A stretch of 64,000 nt of DNA from Utricularia gibba (GCA_002189035.1 NEEC01000002.1:3410001-3474000), one strand, 5' to 3'; positions 12,440 to 26,574 are shown, counted from the first letter of the stretch. A program made the numbers and translations. The notes: generated by a model not told the origin, from the letters alone.

Positions 12440-13400
12440 ACTTCATCTTCACTTGAACTTGAGGATAATGTTTGATTTCTTTTCACTACCTCCAACCAAT
12501 CCTTTAGACAAATGCATGCCTCCAAGGTCTCTACGTTCAATTTGGAGCACTTGTGATTAAGAACTCGTCCCCTTGCACTAAACGCAATTTGGCCATTCTA
12601 GTCAAGAAGGGTAAGTAGTAGAATGTGTCTTCCACCAACCCAATATATCGAAGTTGTCATCATCAACACCCTCAACAATAGGAGTATTATTGTAAAGTGT
12701 AATTTGATCAACATAATTTAATGAAGATGATGAAGAGGATGATACAAATGAGCTATGTTTTCTACGAATAATGTCCATTGGATTGCGACTGCCCAACATC
12801 AAATTATTACATGTTTTAGGAATAGGAACATTAAGATCACTATATTTAGAGGCATAAAAAGAATACATGCACGTAGAACATTATTAGCATTAGCATCTAT
12901 TTCTTCACAATTTTTAATGGAAAAAGCAACATCATCTACACTATATGATTCTGAAATACATTCAAGTAATGTTTTCATCCCCTAGATATAACCCGAGGAT
13001 CCAAAATAGGTGCAATGAGAAACAAATGTGGGATTTCATCAAAATATTTCAAAAATAGAATGAGTCAAAAAAATTGTAACCGGTAACAGATTCACAAAAT
13101 TCTATAAGAACATTTTCATAAGTTTTTGAAAAAATTTATAATTAAAAACAAAATTAGATAATCCAAACTATTGTCACCCCCTAAACGTAATCTAGTTTGA
13201 CGAAACTGAGGTAATTTATCATTATGCTTCTCCATAACATGCCTCTTATATGTACCGGTTCCCTAACCGTTTTTGAAAGTGTACTCTTTACCACAATGTT
13301 TACAAGAAATTTTTTCGAGATTAGAAACAACACAATGCTTTCGAATATCCAAAGAATCATCACTAGTATTTTTTGATCTTTTACTACAAAGGAGACTCGA
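12440..13400 (-). mobile_element. Internally deleted hAT transposase remnant (BED finger plus dimerisation domain)
   Basis: Minus strand ISCKHCGKEYTFKNG*GTGTYKRHVMEKH (zf-BED, about 13230-13310), FDILGWWKTHSTTYP and TLEACICLKDWL (hATC, about 12490-12650). Confidence 0.8.
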
Positions 13401-13715
13401 TGAGGTAGAAGAACCTACTTCTTGAGGACTAGAAAAATCATCTTATTCGGGTAAGGGACCAAAAACAAGCTCTTGTAAAAATTGAAGGTCTTCTCCAAAA
13501 GAAAATTCTCTATCATTTTAAAAAACGCAAGGTATAGTAGAATCAGCTTGAGAAGCTTGAGAAGAATTTCGTAAACCAGACCCCTCCATTTTGTAAAAAA
13601 ATAAAAAAGCCTATTACTCTGCAGGCTTCACCAATGTCGTCCAAGTGGAAATCTGATACTTGACACTTGAGAGTACTTCCACGTAGAAGTTGAAATAGAA
13701 TTATTTCTAGTAATG

Positions 13716-14270
13716 AGTGATAAGACAATAAGAGAAAGTAGTGGAAATTATAAGATAACTATATTATATATATACACAAATTTTTTTATTAAATTAATAG
13801 CAACTGTTACTTTCAAAACCATGCGCAATTACACATCTACACACTCACAAAAAGGGGGGAACAACCAGAATTTTCAGAACACACACGAGGGGGTTTCTCC
13901 CCAACTCGAACATGAAGAATACTGAAGGAGAAGGAGAAAGAAATGCAATTTTTCTGGAGAAGAACCTCCAGTTTGAAGGAAAAAGATCAAGACCCAGTTC
14001 AGCGCTACTGTTCCGGACTGTGAATAGTAATAGATGGAAACCAAAACTCTACTACTTTCTTTTAGTTTGCTGATGTTTTTAGTTTCTACACTCAACTTCT
14101 GTACGATGTTGTTAACATTTTCATTGTTTTATCTTAATGTCATTACTTTTCACCTTCCAAATATGAGTAGCTAAACCCTTAGGGGTGTTTTGAGGTGAAG
14201 CATGGTGGTGTAGGTCTAGGAATCTTAATAAAATTTACCATTTTTTCTTAGTTCTTGTTTCTATCAAGCC
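13716..14270 (+). mobile_element. LTR fragment, Athila-like family A
   Basis: 13850-14270 aligns by eye with 39060-39430 of the solo LTR at 38668-40061 (shared AATGTCATTACTTTT..CCTTCCAAATATGAGTAGCTAAA..TGAGGTGAAGCATGGTGGTGT). The left boundary is uncertain. Confidence 0.7.
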
Positions 14271-17200
14271 TCCAAACTAGAATAATTCTAGAAGTTCATT
14301 GTAGAATATTCTGAAGACTTTTATGACCCAATCAATCAAGAACCAAGCTGAGAACCAACAAGCTATCAAGAATCTAGAAATTCAAGTTACTCAGCTAGCA
14401 ATAGAGGTTGGGGAGCTGAAGCAAAAAGGAAGCCTACCGTTGCAAGCCAAACAGAATCCCGACTCTGGGGGAGGACAGAATATCAACGCAATGACATTGA
14501 GAAGCGGAAAAGAAAAACCTGGAAGAGAATTAGTCCAACCTAAGATTAATTTAGAGACGACAGAAGTGTCTAAAGTTGAGGTGGAAGGAGATGCTGAAGA
14601 ACAGGAGGTGGAGATTGCTCCTGAGCCTCTTGTGGTAAAAGCAACCCACCGCCATTTCCGGGAAGGTTGAAAGCAAGAGAAGAACAAAATGAGAAAGAAA
14701 AAATGTTGAGAGCTTTGGGTAATACCCAATTAAATTTGACATTGTTGGAGTATATTGACTTAGTGCCCAAAAACGTGAAGTACCTGAAGCAGCTCTGCAT
14801 GTCAAAGCCAAAATTGAACGAAAAAGGCAAGGTGAAGCTAAGTGAAAGTTGCTTCAGCCCTCTTGACTTAGAAGCTACCTGAAAAACGCAAGGATCCTAG
14901 AACATTTTTTATTCCTTGCAAAATAGGTGACCTGAACATTATGAGAGCAATGGCTGACCTAGGAGCCTCTATAAACGTGATGTCATTTTCTGGATATGAC
15001 ACTCTCAGGTTAGGACCTCTACAAGCCTTAGGAGTGCAAATTGAGCATGCTAACTGAAGGGTTATTTCTCCAAAAGGTTTGGTTGAAGATGTTCTTGTGA
15101 AGATTGAGCAGCTAGTGTTTCTAGCAGACTTTAATGTGGTGAATATGCCTACTGGAAGTTCAAGGGATACGACCATCATCCTTGGAAGACATTCTTGAGC
15201 ACTTCCAATGCAATAATTAATGTGAAGATGGCACAATTGAGTTATCTTTTGATGAAGAAAAGATCACGCTGGACATGAAAGAGGTTAACAATTATCCCAG
15301 TGATTTTGAGAGTGTATGCTTAGTGGACGTGATGGATAAGTTGGTTGAAGAGCATCTTGAGAAGGCTATCCAAGAGAAGGAAGAGAACATAAAGAGTCAT
15401 TTTTTGCAAGAGTGGAAGCCGAAAAGAGGTCAGAACAAGTGAACGCTATGCAAGTCAAGACCCTAGAAAAGAGGACAGTTGAGTTGAAGCCACTGCCCAC
15501 ACACCTGAAGTACGCATTCTTGGATGAAGAAATGAACAACCCTGTTATCATCTCAAATAGTCTTAGCTTAGACTAAGAGTCGCAACTGCTCGAGGTGCTG
15601 ATCAGTAACAAGAACGCGATTGGTTGGACCTTGCGCGGATATTGAAGGCATCTCTCCTTCTATATGTATGCAAAGGATTTTATTAGAAGATGGAGCAAAA
15701 CCTGTTCGCCAGCCACAACGATGCCTCAACCCAAATATGATGGAAGTGGTAAAGAAGGAAATCGTAAAACTTTATGATGCAGGTATAATCTACTCCGTTA
15801 CAGATAGCGAATGAGTGAGTCCAATCCATGTGGTGCCCAAGAAGACTGGTATGACAGTGGTAGAGAACGAGAAGGGAGTGCTGGTGCCACAAAGAATCCA
15901 AAATGGGTGTAGAGTATGCATAGATTATAGAAATTTGAATGAAGTGACCAAGAAGGATTATTACCCTTTACCTTTCATTGATCAAATGCTCGAAAAATTA
16001 GTAGGAAAATCTTTTTATTGCTTCTTAGATGGTTATTCGGAATATAACAAAGTCGCAATTTCAAGTACGGATCAAGACAAGACAACTTTTACTTGTCCAT
16101 TTGGGACTTATGCCTATAGAAGGATGCCTTTTGGGTTGTGCAATGCCCCTGCTACCTTCCAGAGGTGTACGACCAGCATCTTCTCAAATTTTGGTGAGGA
16201 TTTCATTGATATGGACGATTTTATAGTGTATGAAGAAATTATGAGTCATGTTTAGACCATTTGGATCAAGTATTGCGAAAATGTGTTGAGAAAAATCTTG
16301 TTCTTAATTCTGAAAAATGCCATTTTATGGTTGATTATGGAATTGTGCTTGACCATGTTATTTCTAGGAAAGGTATTGAGGTAGACAAAGCAAAAATCAA
16401 AATTATGACTGAATTACCGTATCCCATTGATGTTGAGGGTGTGAGATCATTTCTAGGGCATGCTGGTTTTTATAGGAGATTTATTCAGAATTTTTCTAAG
16501 ATTTCTTTGCCTCTTAATAGACTTTTGCACAATGATGTGGAATTTATTTTTAATGATTCATGCAAAAATGCTTTTAATTCTTTAAAAGAGGCTCTGACCA
16601 CTACTCCTGTGATACAACCACCAAATTGGAGGTATGATTTCGAAATCATGTGTGATGCTAGTAGTCATGCTGTAGGAGCGGTTTTAGGAAAGAAAATTGA
16701 AGGGAAACATCATGTTATTTCTTATGCCTCTAAAACCTTGGATGATGCTCAGAAAAATTATATTGTGACTAAAAGGGAATTTTTGGTTGTGATTTTTGCT
16801 TTGGAGAAATTTCGTTCATATCTTTTAGGGAGCAAAGTTGTGGTCTACACAGACCATTCGGTAGTAAAACACTTGATGGAGAAGAAGGAGACCAAACCAC
16901 GGTTGATCAGATGGGTTCTCCTTGTTCAAGAGGTTGATGTGGAAACTAAAGACAAGCTTGGAAAGGAGAACATGGTCGCTGACCATCTTAGCAGGATGGG
17001 AGGGATTAAGAATGATAGTCTATCACTGAAACATTTCCGGATGAAAAATTATTCTTATTTAGGACTAATATTCGTGAACCGTGATTTGCAGACTTGGCTA
17101 ACTTTGTTTTAGCAGGTGTGATGCCACCAGGAATTGATTATCACATGAAGAAAAACTGAAGAATGACATCAAATATTATATTTGGGATGATCCTTACCTT

Positions 17201-19139
17201 TGGAAGAGATGCAATGATGGAGTCATTCGAAGGTGTGTTCATGAGTTTGAAATTCCTAAAATTATCAATTCTTGTCATGCAAGACCCTTTGGTGGCCATC
17301 ATGGACCAAACCGTACAGCCAGAAAAATTTTGGACTGCGGATTTTACTGGCCTCACATTTTCAGAGACAGTTATGCCTATTGCAAGGGTTGTGAGCCATG
17401 CCAAAGAGTGAGAAATTTATTCAATAGGGATGAAATGCTTCAGCAAGGAATCCTAGTATATGAATCATTTGATGTTTGGGGCATTGATTTTATGGGGCCA
17501 TTCCCCACTTTTGCAGGCTACAACTATATTTTAGTGGCTGTTGATTACGTCTCAAAGTGGATTGAAGCCATTCCCACAAGAACAGATGACACCAAGACGG
17601 TCATTAATTTTCTGTGTAACATCTTTGTGCGATATGGGACCCCCAAGGCGTTGATCAGTGATAGAGGTACGCACTTTTATAATCAAGCCTTGAGGAGCGT
17701 TTTGAAGCAGTTCAACGTTTGGTACAAGCCATCAACAACATACCATCCACAAACAAATGGCCAAACGGAGGTATCAAACAGGGAGACTAAATAAATTCTG
17801 GAGAAAGTGGTGAACCCGAATAGGAAGGACTGGAGTCTGAGACTAAGGGACACTTTGTGGGCAATTCGAACAGCATATAAAACTCCAATTGGGACCTCTC
17901 CATTCAGGTTAGTTTATGGAAAACCTTGCAGGTTACCTGCTGCGTTAGAGCACAAGGCCTGGTGGGCAGTGAAGAGGCTAAACCTTGATGAAAGTCTCAG
18001 TGCAACCCAGAGAAAATTGCAGCTCTCAGAACTGGAAGAACTAAGGAATGATGCTTACGAAAGCTAAAAGTTATTCAAAGCTAGGACTAAAAATTACCAC
18101 GACAAGCATATTTCCAGGAGATCCTTCGATGTTGGTCATAAAGTTTTAATGTTTCAATCCAGACTGAAGTTACATCTAGGGAAACTCAAATCTTGGACTG
18201 GACCATTTGTAGTGAAAGAAGTTTTCCCAAACGGAACAATGGAGGTTTATGATGGAGAGACTAACACAAGTTTTATTGTGAATGGACATAGGTTGAATAT
18301 TTTTTATGAAAATCTTCAAGACAAGATGGCTGAAGAAGTTGAAGTTCTTGTCCTAAGGGACATAGAAACAATGTAGAATTTGTGAAAGTCTAGTTCAGGA
18401 CTGGAAACAAGAACGCTCTTGGGAGGCAACCCAAGTTTAATTTCTGTTAGTTTTATTTTCCTGTCATTTACTTTTGCACTTTTAGACTTAGCTAGGAGTT
18501 ATTTTGGAGAGTTTTTGCTATGTTCCTGTTGCAAAATGGGAAATCAATATGCGATTACAAGGGAGATAAGTATAGGAGTAACGGAGGAATACCATAAATC
18601 ATCTTGGGTTCGGTAATGTTGTTACTTTTCTTGCTCAAACGTTATGCTCTGATAAAATTTTTGAGTTGGAATTTTTGCATGTAGAAATGAAATTAGCCCC
18701 TCTTAATGCTCATTTTCTTAAAACTGCTGGACTAATTCGTGCACGAGGAAGTGGATTTGTTTTTATGTCTCTTGCAGGACTTTGTGGGGAGGCACCTCTA
18801 GTGAAGGAAAAAGGAAAAACCCCTGATCAAATAGCCATGACCCAAAGGAACGAGAAAGTTTGCTGCTGCACTGAAAGGATTGACATGATATTGTTAGGTT
18901 TCTCGTAGACATCGTATGTCTCAAAAGCAGCGGAATTTTTAAAATTTTGAGAAACCCCAAATGCAAATCTTGGAATACGGTATACATCAGACGAAGGAAT
19001 GTTCAAAATACCTTTCAGATGACTCTGTTGTTCACCAACCACCAATAGCAGACGGCCTCTATGGTATCCACATGTGGAGTACTCTGCCGATAACCTTCTC
19101 AAGGCTCTTGAATGCTGGTCGAATTTCTCAGGTGCTAGT

Positions 19140-20342
19140 AGAGAAAAACGGCTCCTTGTGGATCAGTCTCAGAGAGCATGAAGACCTTTTTAGCAGATCT
19201 CAAGATCTAAATTTTTTTTTGATAGATATTTTTGTGACATATCAAATCATATCTATATGAGATCTTTTATTTTGAGTTTAATCAATATTAATCTCAAAAT
19301 AACTCTCTATTTAATTTATTCACTTTATCAATTACATCTCATGTAATTCTGTCATTCTATTTCATATCGATGAGTGACTCCACTATTGTGTGTGACCCTA
19401 TAGGCTTCTTCAATCAAAGCCGTAATAATAGATTTATTAATTAACTCTTAATTAATCAAATCCATCATTATCGATCATGAGTGGAATCTAGCAACATATC
19501 ATGATCCCCAAGATGTAAGAATAATAAGTTGAACTGATTGAGCCTTTCCATAACGAGCCACATGCAATGAACAGCTTTCATCATACTTATATCTCATTCG
19601 ATACCAGAACATGGGTGTGTGTCTTTCTGATGTATCGAACTTATAAGTGCATTCAAGCACTAACTCTCAATGACCTACTCAAACGATTCGAGTGTCATTA
19701 CCTTGGGCCCAGGACTTACTGTTAGCTTTGATGCAATTACTTGAGATATGATCTCATCGCTAACATGAGTGATGAATCCTTTTTTAATCAATCAACAATC
19801 TCCAACCTTAAGGAGTCACATACCTACTCATCCATACTAGACAAGCCATGGTTGGGCTCCCATTAGTAATGAGGGGAAATGTTAGCTTAAGATCAAGATA
19901 ACTTTGTTGACTCAAGTTTAAGCTTACTTGAATGGCTGTCATATTCGAGATCTTGCTACTGACACTTGGTTAGCTTCCCATAGTAGCATCTCAATGATGA
20001 GTCATCCAATGAATTGATTTTCTTATCGACACTCACACATAGGTTCTAGTAATCTCATTACATCAATTGTGAGAACCATTGCCTAAACAGTTTAGGGAAC
20101 TCAATGTGTGCTAGCTTATCCGTATTTGTGATATCCTCATTTCACAAATACTCTAGCCAGAGAGTTTTAACTTGAGCATGAGTGCTTGAAGAATCTCACA
20201 TTATGATCTCATCATAATTTCTATAGCACATAGATCAAGTAGAGGATTTTATCAATGATATAAATTTGATCACAATTCAAAGTAAATATCAAAAGATAAG
20301 ATTTGCAATGAGTTAATTGTCTCTAGAATACATACACTAACA
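19140..20342 (-). mobile_element. Ty1/copia Angela-like LTR (solo or truncated) inserted in the Athila 3' region
   Basis: The minus strand begins TGTTAGTGTATGTATTCTAGAGACAAT at 20342, resembling Angela-type LTR starts. About 1.2 kb and non-coding. The left boundary and TSD were not resolved. Confidence 0.6.
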
Positions 20343-21341
20343 GATATATGATAGGCTCGGGAATTTGTTAAGGGAAGTGAAGGAACTGAAACAGGGAGTG
20401 AAGGACTCCTCCCTGATCAAGTAACATCGCTACATTGCCTCATCTCTTATTTTTATTTTTATTTTTTTTATTTCTATTTCTATTTTTATTTTTATGGTGT
20501 TAGTCTAAGTTAGGAGTAATTTAGTAGTGCAATGTTATGGTCAGGAGAATTTTGTGAATGGTTGAGGAATTTTCTTACAAGCGTGAGATGTTTTTCATGA
20601 TGCACGAAATGCATGAATTTTGTTATGGCCATTTATGAACTAGTGAGCATGTTTTCCCTTGATTATTTCCATGAGGTAGCAACATGTTCAATGTAATCGG
20701 ATTGGTGCATTCAAGATTTTTTTTTAAGCAAAGTGGCATGTGTTGATCCTTCATGGAAGACTGGTTGTCACCAAATCTGCAGATAGCAAAAACAAAGGGA
20801 TCAGAAAAGCATCATCACCAGAAAAGCGATGAGACCCATGTTTTAAAAAGCAACACACAACAAAAGAGCATGTGTAGACGGCAGAGCAAAGAGCATAGGG
20901 AAGTTATGAGAACAACTCAGAGGAGTAGCAGGGATCCCTAGAGGAATAAGGAGGAGAGTGCGTTTCCCGCACTCACATACAAAGAGGGGAAGCAACAGTT
21001 ACTGAGTTGAACTCTAAATTGTCCCTGGGATCTTTGTGGAAAAAAAAAATGAAAAAAAAAGAGAGAAGAGAAAAAGGAAAAATAGTAGTGAAAACCAGCA
21101 TTCTTGGGAGGTAAGCATATGCTATACTTGCTAATTTAATATTCGAATGCACCTTTCAGGATGAAACTGTCATGTATGCTTGAGTGACACCCTCATATAA
21201 ACACTGGCACCCCTTCAATTCATGCATTTTGACCTGAATGTTAAGCATCCTCATTGCTACGTACGGGATCCATTAACTATTTATCTTTTGTTAGTCTTAG
21301 TTAGGACTTGAGGACAAGTTTAGTGTTGTTGTAGCATAATG

Positions 21342-22148
21342 TGATAACTCATATTTTTTAGTGATGGAGTGCATGAATATTACTCATATTGTGATACAAA
21401 AAAATCAGATTTTACTGCCTAGTTCTAAATCTACGATTTAGTCCCAACCTTCTAATAGTTTTCTTTGAGCAATGTAGTACATGTCGCAACACAAATCCCA
21501 AGGAGCCGAATATGCACAATTTAGTGGCAGAAGATGAGTCCAAAAGTCTGAAAAGTAGTACAACAAAATCCAAGGAAGAAAAAGGGAAATTTTGGACAAA
21601 AAAGGGGAAAAGATGGAGAGAGAAGGTAGACCTTTCCTTGGAGACTCATGAACAACTTTCTGGAGGAGGTTTCTGGGGTAGAAGAAGGAAGGGAACGACG
21701 AACCAGAAGAACACAACTTCTCTTTGAAGATTTATTTTTCGTTCTTGATGTATACTGTTCCTAGCAAAGACTAGTTTTAGATTCACTGCATGGACAAGTT
21801 GTCTTTTCTATTTCTGTTATGCATTGCTTGTTGTTATTTAACTTTGAAACCAGAATGTTGTTTAGGATATGCTATGAAAACGTTTTCCTTTCCCTTGTCA
21901 TGAGTGGCTAAGTACTTAAGGGGAGCCTTGGGGTGAAAGGGAGAGAAATGTGCTAATCAATCTTTAGACCTAATCAGCCATAAGTCACGCCACTTCCTTA
22001 ACAAACCAGGATAGATCTAGGAGGGGGAAGCAGTGAAACCCAACTTCACAACCCTAATTAGAGGTAGACCAAAGATTAGGGGGAAAACAAGAATCCAGGT
22101 AGATCTAGATCTTGTGTGTTAATTGTTTGATTTATGGTTTGTGTGAAC
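21342..22148 (+). repeat. Truncated LTR, family B
   Basis: Colinear with 33442-34200 (CAACACAAATCCCAAGGAGCCGAATATG, GTCACGCCACTTCCTTAACAAACCAGGATAGATC, CCTAATTAGAGGTAGACCAAAGATTAGGG). Confidence 0.9.
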
Positions 22149-22319
22149 AGTATGGTTCACACACGGGTCGGAACCATCAGTTCCACGGTTTCAATTATAC
22201 CCAACCGAACCAAAATCGTACGGTTATGGTTCAGGAACCGGAACCTCACAGACATCGATCCCTTGGAACCGAGCCAGAACCAGAACCGACGGTTCCAGTT
22301 CGAATCGAACCCACCACTA
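22148..22319 (-). mobile_element. hAT-type terminus with GAACCG/CGGTTC subterminal repeats
   Basis: Dense GAACC/GGTTC motifs ending in CGAACCCACCACTA (TIR-like TAGTGGTGGG on the minus strand), abutting Tekay integrase sequence. No partner TIR found. Confidence 0.55.
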
Positions 22320-22844
22320 TGTGTGCCTCTCTAAGAACTTCCTGTCGCAATTCCTTTACTGCAGGCACCCAAATGCAACCACGGTAAGTTATGAGACCAT
22401 CCCTACGTACCTCGTACTCGCCTTTTGCGCATTCCCCATGAGTTCATCCCTAGACTTATCTGCCTTTTGCGCCTTGCTAATCCTTGGTAGGTGGCCAGAG
22501 TCGATCCCAAGGGTGGCAATCCTCGCTTCCAATTCTTTGAACTTCTCTTCCAGCACCTCGTCGTCCTGCTTGTGTGAACCCTACTGAGACTGTCCGCCAC
22601 AACATTTGCCTTACCTAGGTGATGCAGGACCTCCACTTCGTAGTCCTTGATTAATTCCAACCATCTTCGTTGTCTTATATTCAGCTCCTTCTGAGTAAAG
22701 ATGTACTTCAACCTCTGATGATCTGTGAATAATTCACACTAGCTTCCATACAGGTAATGCCTCCATAATTTTAGCGCAAATACCACTGCTGCCAGCTCTT
22801 GGCCGTGCACTAGGTAGTTCCTCTCATGTGTCTTTAGTTGGTAG
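22320..22844 (-). mobile_element. Tekay-like pol segment (RNase H to integrase start); continues at 37753-37850 across the hAT insertion
   Basis: Minus strand [71 protein letters not shown]. The other half reads YTDASGTGLGCVLMQEGKVIAYASCQ, and the join restores [12 protein letters not shown]. Confidence 0.92.
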
Positions 22845-25202
22845 TAGGGATGAAACTCTAGGCCCAAGCCCATGGGCTGGCCTGGCCCAGCCCTAAAAAA
22901 GTCAGGCTAGGGCCTAAATATTGATGACCCGAAAGTTGATCGAGCTTTTGGGGCCCAAAAAGCCCGATGGGCCTAAGGGCCTATGCGGGTTAGGGTTTTA
23001 GACATCAAAATAATCTCATTTAGTATTCTAAACCCTCACAAATCACATCAGCAGCCTCCATTAAGCAATTGATTTGGTACAAAAAAAATTTATATGCATT
23101 CAATGTACATATCTTATGATTCTAGTTTTGATATCATCTTTATTTTTTGTTATCATTTTTATATGTTTATTTACACATGTTAGGATGGATATGAATAATG
23201 TTGAAGAAGATAGTTGCGGTTTACAAATATTACGATCATCTTCGCCATCTCATACATCTTCTATTGGAAAGGATTTAGAAGATGTCAGCGATACTATTCC
23301 ATTATCTAAGAAGCCTAAGTCTGAAGTATAGCATCATTTTGAGAAGATTGGAAAAGTAAATGGTGTAGAAATGTGCAAGTGCAATTATTGCAAGAAAATG
23401 TTGACTTGTGGTGGCAAATCAGGTACATCTCACTTATTAAGGCATTCTCGAAGTTGTTTGAAGTCTTCAAAATTTCATGATGTAAGTTCTTTACTTAGTG
23501 GTCAAACTACTTTGATTAGAAAAGCGAAATTTGATCATAATGAATTTCGAGATTCATTAGCAAGAGAAATTATCAAGCATAATCTTCCATTTGCTTATGC
23601 TGAATATGCAGGAGTTTATGCTGCAAATAGAATTCTGAATCCTGATTTTAGATCTATTAGTTGAATTACTACAAGAGCTTATTGTATGAAAATCTACGCT
23701 AATGAGAAGGAAAGATTGAAATCTTTATTGTCCTCTATTTTGGAAGAATTTATTTTACATCATATACTTGGACAGCTGTTACTGTTAAAGCATATATGAT
23801 TGTGACTGCTCATTATGTTGATGAAAATTGGAAAATGAATTCTAAATTGCTTGTATTTGTGGAATTAGATGGTCCACATACTGGAGAGTTATTAGCAGGT
23901 AAACTATATGGAGTATTGAGAGATTGGCGAATAGATTCAAAAATCTTTTCAATCAAATTGGATAATTCTACTTCCAATGACAGTATGGTCAGAATTTTAA
24001 AACAAAGATTTCAAATGCAGAATAGGTTATTATGTGATGGTGATTTTTTTCATATAAGATGTTGTGCACATATCTTGAATTTGATTGTTCAGGAAGGATT
24101 AAAAGTGATAGATATTGCTTTGAAAAAAATTAGAGATTGTGTTAAATATGTTAGATCTTCTCAAGGTAGAATGAGAGAATTTGTAAAGTGTATCAGGGAT
24201 GAGCACTTAGAAGATGTTAGTGGGGTTTATTAAAGTTAGATGTAACTGCTAGATGAAATTCTACTTGTTTGATGTTACAAACTGCCTTAAAGTATCATCT
24301 TGCAATCACTTCATTATGCTATAGTGCTGGTAATTCTCTTATTTGTCTTACCAAAGATGAATGGGAGACAGCAATGAAGTTTTGTGATCTATTGGGACCA
24401 TTTTTTGAGATTACAAACTTGATATCAGGATCACAGTATCCCACTTCCAACTTGTATTTTATACAGGTTGTAATGATTGAATTAAAGCTTAAAGAACTTT
24501 CAAGTTGCAAAGATGAAGTGATAAAAACAATGGTATTAGCAATGAAAGAGAAATTTGATAAGTATTGGGATGAGTATTCTATAACTCCGTGTTAAGTGTC
24601 ATTTTCTCACTATTTCTTAGTTTGTTTTATGCTTAATTGTGATTAGAAATGTCTAATTATGAGACTATAATATGAGATTTAGGTTTTTATCTAGTTTAGG
24701 GTAATTATCCTAAATCTTGTATTTTATCTAATAATTTTATTATTTTTAATTGAGTTTTTCTAGAGGCGCACACAAGGCAGGAAGTGAGAGAAAGAGGGCA
24801 ACATATGGCGACAAATTGGATCTTCTTGAGCTGACATTCCCTTGATTTTCATAAGACTATAGATGCCTAATCATGAGCCTTGACATGCGGAACACGAGAG
24901 TCTCTGACAGGCGACATCATTAGCGTACTAGTGCTAGAGCAGATGTTTGCTTGCAAGTTACCCCAAGTCCAGCAAAACCACGGGAACACAAAATCTCAAA
25001 CAAAATAGTTCAGCTCAGTTCAATTCGAAAAAGCTTAGTTTTACTTCAGTTTAGTTTGACTTTTTTTCTCTCTCTAGAGGATTTTCTTCTAGATTCTCTT
25101 TAGAACCTTGTTTTCATTTCCTTTACTTTGTATGGCCGTTCGCGGCTAGAAACTTCCGTGTTTGGGTTGGGATACTCCTAGATCTATATTTCGTTAGCTT
25201 AT

Positions 25203-26368
25203 TGATAACACCGTTTTTATTCTGTTTTTATATATGTTTTTAAGTGTATTTTGTAAGGTTAAATGTTGTTTAGTGTGCGAAAATGTCTTCTTTTGCGTAT
25301 TTAGACTGTTGAAATGTGTTTATTGTGAAAAACAGGCTCAATTGGCAACAATTGAGCCGAAAGCTCTAATATTTCGTCTAGTCTGTGTTTTAAGTCTTAC
25401 CAGGGTAACAGCTAGTACTGTAGCAGCGCACTTTCCGCATTGACAAGTCAAAAGGGATAGAAAAGCTGTGCAAAAGTCACTTTTTTCCGAAAGTAGCCGC
25501 CCTTCTAAGATGATAAGATCTCCCTTCTAGAACCATGGGGAAAAGACGAAGCTACCCTTCCTTTTGAGCGGCAAAAAGGAAAAGGAGGGAGAGAGACGCA
25601 AGGACACACTGTGCACGCTGAGTGCACAGACTGCAAAAAGTAGGAGGAACGGGACCAAGGAGCACTTTGTTTCTCCGGCGAACGTCTCCAACAACCTCCA
25701 GATCTACATGTCTACACCACCTTTCCGCCCTGAAACTTGATTTCCAGTAGATCTGCGATCGAGAGCAACCACTAGACACCTTATTTTCCATTTTCTGCAC
25801 TTCTATTTTGTTGACGAATTCGCTACTGTTACTTTATGCATTTGTTATGCTTTCTGTTATGTTCTTGCACCTTGTCATGAATGATAAATCCTCTGTAGAC
25901 CTTATTTCAGTTTATGAACATGTTGTTGCTTTCCCTTTTTGTGCTCAATCCTAAGTTTAACGTGCTTTTTACTGTTCCTGCGAGCCCATACTCTATTTCT
26001 GCAAACCCTTGCAGAAATAGAGTGACACAAGAGCCAGACTATGGTGTAAAACATAGCCAAATTTCTTTTATTTTATGTTTTCTGCACCTTCACGTTAATT
26101 TCAGCCCCTTTTCACCCCTGCAACTCAATTATTTCAGTCACTATTATTTTAGGTCTTATAGAGCAAAACCCCAAAAAACCCCCCTATTTTCAGTAATTGT
26201 GATAAACTTCAGGAAAGTGCACCCATTCCATGTGGATTCGATGCTTGCATGCCACACCACATTAATTTTTGAGATTTAAGTAGTAGAATAGAAAGGTTTA
26301 TAAATTTCTTTTGATGCGTTGAATGTGTTAGACCGCGACATTTAGCAACCCCATTCCAACGTTCATCA
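25203..26368 (+). mobile_element. Solo LTR, family D, inserted in the 5' LTR of element C
   Basis: TG..CA ends and perfect TSD CTTAT. The 3' LTR of element C shows the empty site (TTAGCTTATCTTCATC, about 35860). Confidence 0.93.
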
Positions 26369-26574
26369 CTTATCTTCATCTCTTCTTTGAATCCGAATGG
26401 GTTCCGTATGTTTTCATGCGACTATGTTATAGTCTTTCTGTAACAGCCCCTTATTCAAGACTCATGGTTAACTGATCACTACCCGTGAGTTTTGAAGAGG
26501 AGCAAGGTAGAGAGCACAAACTCACGCCCCTTTGGCAAGAGGAAGACTACGTTTTGTCTGTGGCCGTACCTCAG

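Larger units (their letters stand above)
14300..22148 (+). mobile_element. 5'-truncated Athila-like Ty3/gypsy element (gag end, pol, 3' region, truncated 3' LTR of family B)
   Basis: Gag end (AIKNLEIQVTQLA, INAMTLRSGK), protease AMADLGASINVM, RT PIHVVPKKTG..RMPFGLCNAPATFQRC, RNase H IMCDASSHAVGAVLG, integrase WGIDFMGPFP..YHPQTNGQTEVSNRE, post-pol GGGAGGCAACCC. The LTR starts TGATAACTC at 21342. Many stops. Confidence 0.9.

Noticed and set aside
25914-26279. Hydrophobic 121-aa ORF
   Set aside because: Lies wholly within solo LTR D; the hydrophobicity reflects T-rich sequence.
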